Assembly: GCA_026770705.1 (NCBI GenBank)
Contig: JANJGN010000006.1
Location: 147,250,001-147,314,000 of the forward strand
Source: Isurus oxyrinchus
Lineage: Eukaryota
Reading direction: 5' to 3'
Length of the DNA stretch: 64,000 bases
The notes beneath the pieces were generated by a model that had not been told where the DNA came from, did no database searches, and worked only from the letters and a program-made list of their open reading frames with translations. The first letter of the stretch is position 1; each line of letters starts with the position of its first letter. Below are positions 58,957 to 64,000 of the stretch, one piece after another. The position numbers and the translations under genes were made by a program.

Positions 58957-61728
58957 CAGGAATTTTCCGTCCCCGTTGGCGTCAGGCATCATGATGGGCA
59001 TGAGCAGACAATTTGGCAAGAAGGCCAAAAATTGATTTAACAATATCATGAAACCAGGTTGCAATCGTCTGTTCCACTCATCAATGGCGGGCTGCCTATT
59101 CTGCCACCAGACATCGGGAATGTCATTTTAATACACTAGCCTATAATTATAAGCCCTGCTCACCTGAATTATTCCCCCATGATGGATCATCCAGTCACGT
59201 CCGGGGGTGGGGGGGGGGGGGGGGGGCGCGAGGAATCACTGGCCCAGAACATGTCTTGACAAATGTGACGTACAGAAATTGGGACTTACCGCCAGGGCCT
59301 TGCTCACTTCACGGCATCTGAGGAGCAGAAGATGCTGGAGCCCAACATCTACTGGACCCTGGAGGAACACATGCATCACATGCTGCGTGGATTCTCAGAG
59401 ACATGGCTTTACTGTAATGCAGCTCACGGAAGGTGGGAGGTCTCCATTGATGTCTCGGGTCTGCTTCGGGATGTCTCAGTCTTGACCATGGCTGCCACAG
59501 ATGATCCGCTGAGGGCAGTGAGTGGGAGAGGAAAATGTAGTGGGGGTGGGGGGTGGTGGTGAGATTGGGATGGGGGAACGATGGTGTTGGGGGTGCGGGG
59601 GGGCGAGGTTCCGGGCAAGGGTAGATGAGGGGAGGAGGGTGTAACAGGGAGAATGTGGCAACTGGGGAGGTTGGTGTATGGGCGGAGGAAGGTGTAAGGG
59701 AAGGAGTTCAGAGGCGGGGAAGGAGTTCAGAGGTGGGGAAGGAGTTCAGAGGGGGCAGGTGTTCAGGGGGAGGAAGGAGCCTGGGGGGAGGAGGAAGTAA
59801 GGGTGGAGGAGAGAGTAAGGGGGGGAAATGTCCAGGTGAATATGCAAGAGAGGGGTTTGTGGAGTCAATGACTGCTTCCTGGGGAGTGAACTGAGGGTGG
59901 GTGTGGTAGGAGGGAATGGTGAGTATGATAGAGGGCAGAGTGATCAAGTTGGGTGGCAGAGTGAAGGTGCAACAGTAGCAGTAAAAGTAATGGCAAGGCT
60001 AGATGGTGGGGACTTGGAGGCAGACACGGACCCTGAGGGTGGGAAGGAGAAGGTTGGAGAGGTCAATGTGGATGGGAGTGGGATTCTCGGGTTGATACAG
60101 AACCAACACATTCACCTGGGCATTCCCGAAAGAAAAGGGTTATGGTAGGTGATGGTGGCAAGGTGGAAGGGGTGTCAAAAGTGAGGAGGGAGAGGACATG
60201 GGTGACTGGGGGAAGGGAAAGGAGAGTGGAGTTGAAAACTAACCTTACAACTGCCATGCTTCTGCAATCAAAGTGAGCGGAGCCTCTTGTTGGACGGGCA
60301 CAGGAGCTGCATGGGAGTGTGATCAGTGGGTGGGTGGAGATGCAGGTCAGCTCAGATGGATAACTGAAAGAGAACCCCAGCAGGCAGCATTGAAAATGCT
60401 CAGGACAGTGAGGTGGGTGCGATTGAGGAAGGCTCCGTGTGTGTGGGAGAGAGCTTGCACAAAGCTCCAAAAGACCCTGCTGCACACACACACTTCTCCC
60501 TCCAGAATCATTCACAGTCTGGCTGCATGCAGCTGAATTGCCAGTAGGGGAATGCAGTGGGAGGAGTCACAAAGCCAGCTAATGAACTGAATGACAGCAT
60601 TACACATTATTCAGTGAAAGTGAATATATTTTTAGATTATAATGTGATAAAATATGTTCATCCGTGCAGCCACGTGCAATCAGAAAATCTGAATATTTCT
60701 AGACCTACCATTTCTTCTAGGTGCTGCCCTGACATCTGCAGGAGAGGTGGAGACAGCCTGTGCAATGGTTGGTCCTGTTGCCTCTGATGACTTCGACATG
60801 TGTCCTCTGGAGAGCTGAGGCCTTGAGGGCCCCGGCATGCTTTGGCTGTCGTCCGGTGGGCCAGCTGCTCCCTCTGCGGTGACAGAGGATTAGGTTGAGG
60901 GGGGCCATAGGCAAAGGGGACTCGGAGGGAGAGGACAGCCTCTGAGATTCCTGAGTGGATTAACGAGGGCGTCCAGCCGCCACACCTCCTCCCTTTGGGT
61001 GCCCGGAGACCCAGGCCTGACTTCTTGAGGGGAAAGAGCATCTGGCCGAGGGTGTCAGTTGCTTGACAGAGATCTCCTTGAACCAAAGTTGGGAGGATTA
61101 GTGCATGGCAGCAGTTTCAAAAGTAGTAGAGAGAGCACTCACAGTTGCATAGAGAGGGATGATGTGGTGCAGTGTCCTCACAGAGGTGTTCACCACTGAC
61201 CTCACCGTCATCACAAACACGCTCCACATCCTCACCAGTCAGCGAGATGGCATGTTCCTCAAAGTGAGTGAGGAGTCTAATGTGGATCACTCCACCCCCA
61301 GTCTGGGACCTCTCCCTGCTGCCATGATCCAGCTTCTCCTGCATGAAAACAGGTGGAGAGAGTGTGACCAGGACATGTGGCACTGCATGGAATGTCTGTG
61401 TAGTGGGCGGAGCCATGGGCGGGATGAGGACACGAGCTCCAGAGGATATAGGCCTGATGGAGATGTGAGGGTATGTGTAAGAGTTAGTGGTGTTACCCCT
61501 TGAGGTGTGAGATCCCTGTGGATGTGTGATGGGTTTGTAAGCATATGAGTTGAGAGTGATGACGTAGTGGAATTACCCTGGCAGAATGGATGAGACCATT
61601 CATCCTCTTTTGGCATCGGGTGGCTGTCCTCTTATGTAAGGTGTTGGCATTGACCACCGCTGCCATTGCCTCCCATGCTGGATTGGCAACCTTGCTTGCT
61701 GGTCTTTGCCCAGAGCGGGGGTAGAGAA
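58957..61728 (-). mobile_element. Harbinger-like element with intron-containing Myb/SANT gene remnant
   Basis: Exon AWEAMAAVVNA..KRTATRCQKRMNGLIHSAR|gtaatt. Next exon EKLDHGSRERSQTGGG..LTHFEEHAISLTG. TIR-like end at 58957. Confidence 0.7.
59698..59780. repeat. Short ~19-bp tandem repeat (ggaaggagttcagaggNgg)
   Basis: Three to four visible units. Confidence 0.75.
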
Positions 61729-62110
61729 CATTGAAGTATACAACATCCTGAACGGCCTTGACAAGGTGAATGTGGAAAGGATGTTCCCTCTTGTGGGAGA
61801 GTCCAGAAATAGGGGGCACTGTTTTGAAATTAGGGGTCACCCTTTTAGGACAGAGATTAGGAGAATTTTTTTCCCTCAGAGGGTTGTGCGACTTTGGAAC
61901 TCTGTCTCGGAAGGCAGTGGAGCCGAGGTCATTGAATACTTTTAAAGAAGAGGTAGATAGATTCTTGTTAGGCAAGGGAATCATTAGTTATTGGGGCTAG
62001 ATGGGTATGTTGAATTCGAAACACAAGCAGATCAGCCATGATCGTATTGAATGGCAGAGTAGGCTTGAGAGGCCGAATGGTCTACACCGGTTCATATTTC
62101 TTATGTTTTT
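61729..62110 (+). mobile_element. CR1 3' fragment
   Basis: IEVYNILNGLDKVNVERMFPLVGESRNRGH..FFPQRVVRLWNS followed by the tail. Confidence 0.9.
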
Positions 62111-62122
62111 ACCGTCATTCAT

Positions 62123-62435
62123 ACAAGGCTCCTTCAACAGCACTTTCCAAAACTGCAACTTCTGCACTTAGAAAGGCAAGGACACCAGATGCATGGGAAC
62201 ACCACCACTTGCAAGTTCCCCTCCAAGCCACACACCATCCTGACTCGTTGCTTCACTGTCGCTGGGTCAAAATTCTGGAACTCCCTCCCCAACAGCACTG
62301 TGGGTGTACCTGGACCATAGGGACTGCAGCAGTTCAAGAAGGCAGCTCACCACCACCTTCTCAAGGCAATTAGGGATGGGCAATAAATGCTGGTCTAGCC
62401 AGCAACGCCCACATTGCACAACTGAATAACAAAAA
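62123..62435 (+). mobile_element. LINE-A 3' fragment
   Basis: Family tail cagttcaagaaggcagctcaccaccaccttctcaagg...gcccacatt. Confidence 0.88.
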
Positions 62436-64000
62436 TACATTAAGTCCTCTTAAACATAAAGACCTTAAACTACCACTTACTTTGTAATCAGAGGTTTTGT
62501 AAAATGTGAAATGCCTTCAGAAAGGCTTGTGATGAAACTAATAGCTGCTGACAGTCCCGAGGTTTAAACTTCAATGGATAAGTCTCTGTTTTGCCTATAA
62601 CGTATTGTACAATAATTCTAGTACACTATGCAAATATAAGAAAAAGGGTTGCTGTACATTAAAATTAAATTTATTTTGAATATATTTAACTCTTCAACAA
62701 CGAGTTATCCGCTCCCAAGACATGAACGTTTGTACAAGTATCATGAAAACTGTTGAACAACATCAGTTTACGCTTGTTTTTATCTGTGGGGTGGGGACAG
62801 AGGGATAATTAAATCCAAAAAAAAATCTTTTAAATGTAATAAGTTGCTGAGGACTGAAGATATATTTAAAAAGAAACACTAGGTAATTTGTGTCAGGTAA
62901 ATTGGCGTCAAATGTAAAAATGTTCGAGGTTGATTTTTAGCTCCAGAGGGTTTAGGAGAGCATGGGGTCAGGATGAAAGCACAACATTCTCTCTGGCCTA
63001 AGTTTGAGACCTGAGGGTATTTTAACTTCCAAAACTCATCTGTAGACCATCAGTCAGCTGCCATCCAAAATGGGCAGAAAACAACAAGTGACAGATAGGC
63101 AGGGGAGAAAGTTCAGGCTCTCAGGCCTTTCTGGCCTCACAAATAAAGCTCTTCAATTACCTTGAAAACCATTTTCGTCCTGCCGACCTGCTTTCACCTG
63201 GCAGAAAAACTGTGGTGGTTTCTCCACTCAGGCCCAGGATAAGTTGCAGTTGGGCCCCCATTAATATAATAGGACCCTAATGTGCACAGGTTTGCAGGCC
63301 CCCCCACCTGGTTTAAGCTGCTGTCTCAGCCACCTGCAGTGTTCTGCAGCCCAAGATCACAAGCTGCGGTCGAGGAGCAAATTAATAACCCATCCTGCCT
63401 TGTTTCCAACAGGTAAGAAGGATTAAAAACAATCGCATATTCAAATGCATGATAGAATCAGAAGAGACTTTGACCAGCTGTATATTAGTTTCTTTTTCTA
63501 TCAAGTGTCGTGGTATCACAAGCTTAGCTGTCAAATCTACTGACACTTTGCAATATCTTTGATACTGGTAGTATCAAATCAACTAATGTTATGCTGAGAT
63601 CAGAAGTATTGATATTCTGTCTTAAGTAATGAATTTCCAGATTGTAAAATCTGATTGAGTGAGACGTTAATGTTTTTGTAAGATTTTTGTCATCGTCATT
63701 GGAAATAGTGACAGAGTAAGCAACAGGACCTCACTGACACAGGCCTGGTTTTTGCTTGGAGAAATACCTTACTACAACATGGCTTACCATACTCATGTGA
63801 CCTCTGATGTCTTTTTATGTAAAAAAAAAAGGGCAAGTACCATTTTGCACACTACCTGGAACATGGGGCTGGATTTTACGGACACCCACCAATAGGTTTG
63901 AAGCTGGGGGGGCTTGTAAAATACACCACATGACCTTCCCACTGCCTTACCACCTATCTCCTAAGTTACAGTGGGAGAGAAGGCATTAGGCAGCCTGCCT

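Noticed and set aside
61493-61984. 163-aa ORF as a host gene
   Set aside because: Chimera of an antisense CR1 tail, a Myb/SANT exon remnant and intron read-through.
640-63989. Remaining short ORFs of the six-frame track as genes
   Set aside because: They fall within or antisense to repeats, or lack recognisable motifs and splice context.

Overview
Repeat-dominated eukaryotic genomic DNA with no host-gene exon that I can support. The repeat repertoire (HER1/CR1-like LINEs with an esterase ORF1, Deu-domain SINEs, Neptune-type Penelope-like elements, intron-containing Harbinger relics) suggests a cartilaginous fish; this is an inference. Main contents: (i) a decayed near-full-length CR1 LINE (~20.1-25.2 kb) interrupted by an antisense Ingi/Vingi-like insertion with an 11-bp TSD; (ii) a young 5'-truncated Penelope-like element (RT + GIY-YIG, one homopolymer frameshift, 15-bp TSD) at 49.3-51.9 kb, plus shorter copies and palindromic mini-derivatives carrying minimal hammerhead-ribozyme motifs; (iii) Ty3/Gypsy remnants and solo LTRs; (iv) many Harbinger/MITE pieces. 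The most unusual signal is a LINE family ('LINE-A'). Two independent copies begin with a tRNA-like Pol III head (A/B boxes) and a SINE-like core fused to an APE-RT reading frame with no visible ORF1. The local SINEs look like internal-deletion derivatives of it, with three different breakpoints. Other highlights are a multi-level nested insertion (9.3-16.4 kb) and a near-perfect interleaved inverted duplication (A-B-A'-B', 33.5-33.9 kb). All alignments were done by eye, and boundaries are approximate unless a TSD is quoted.
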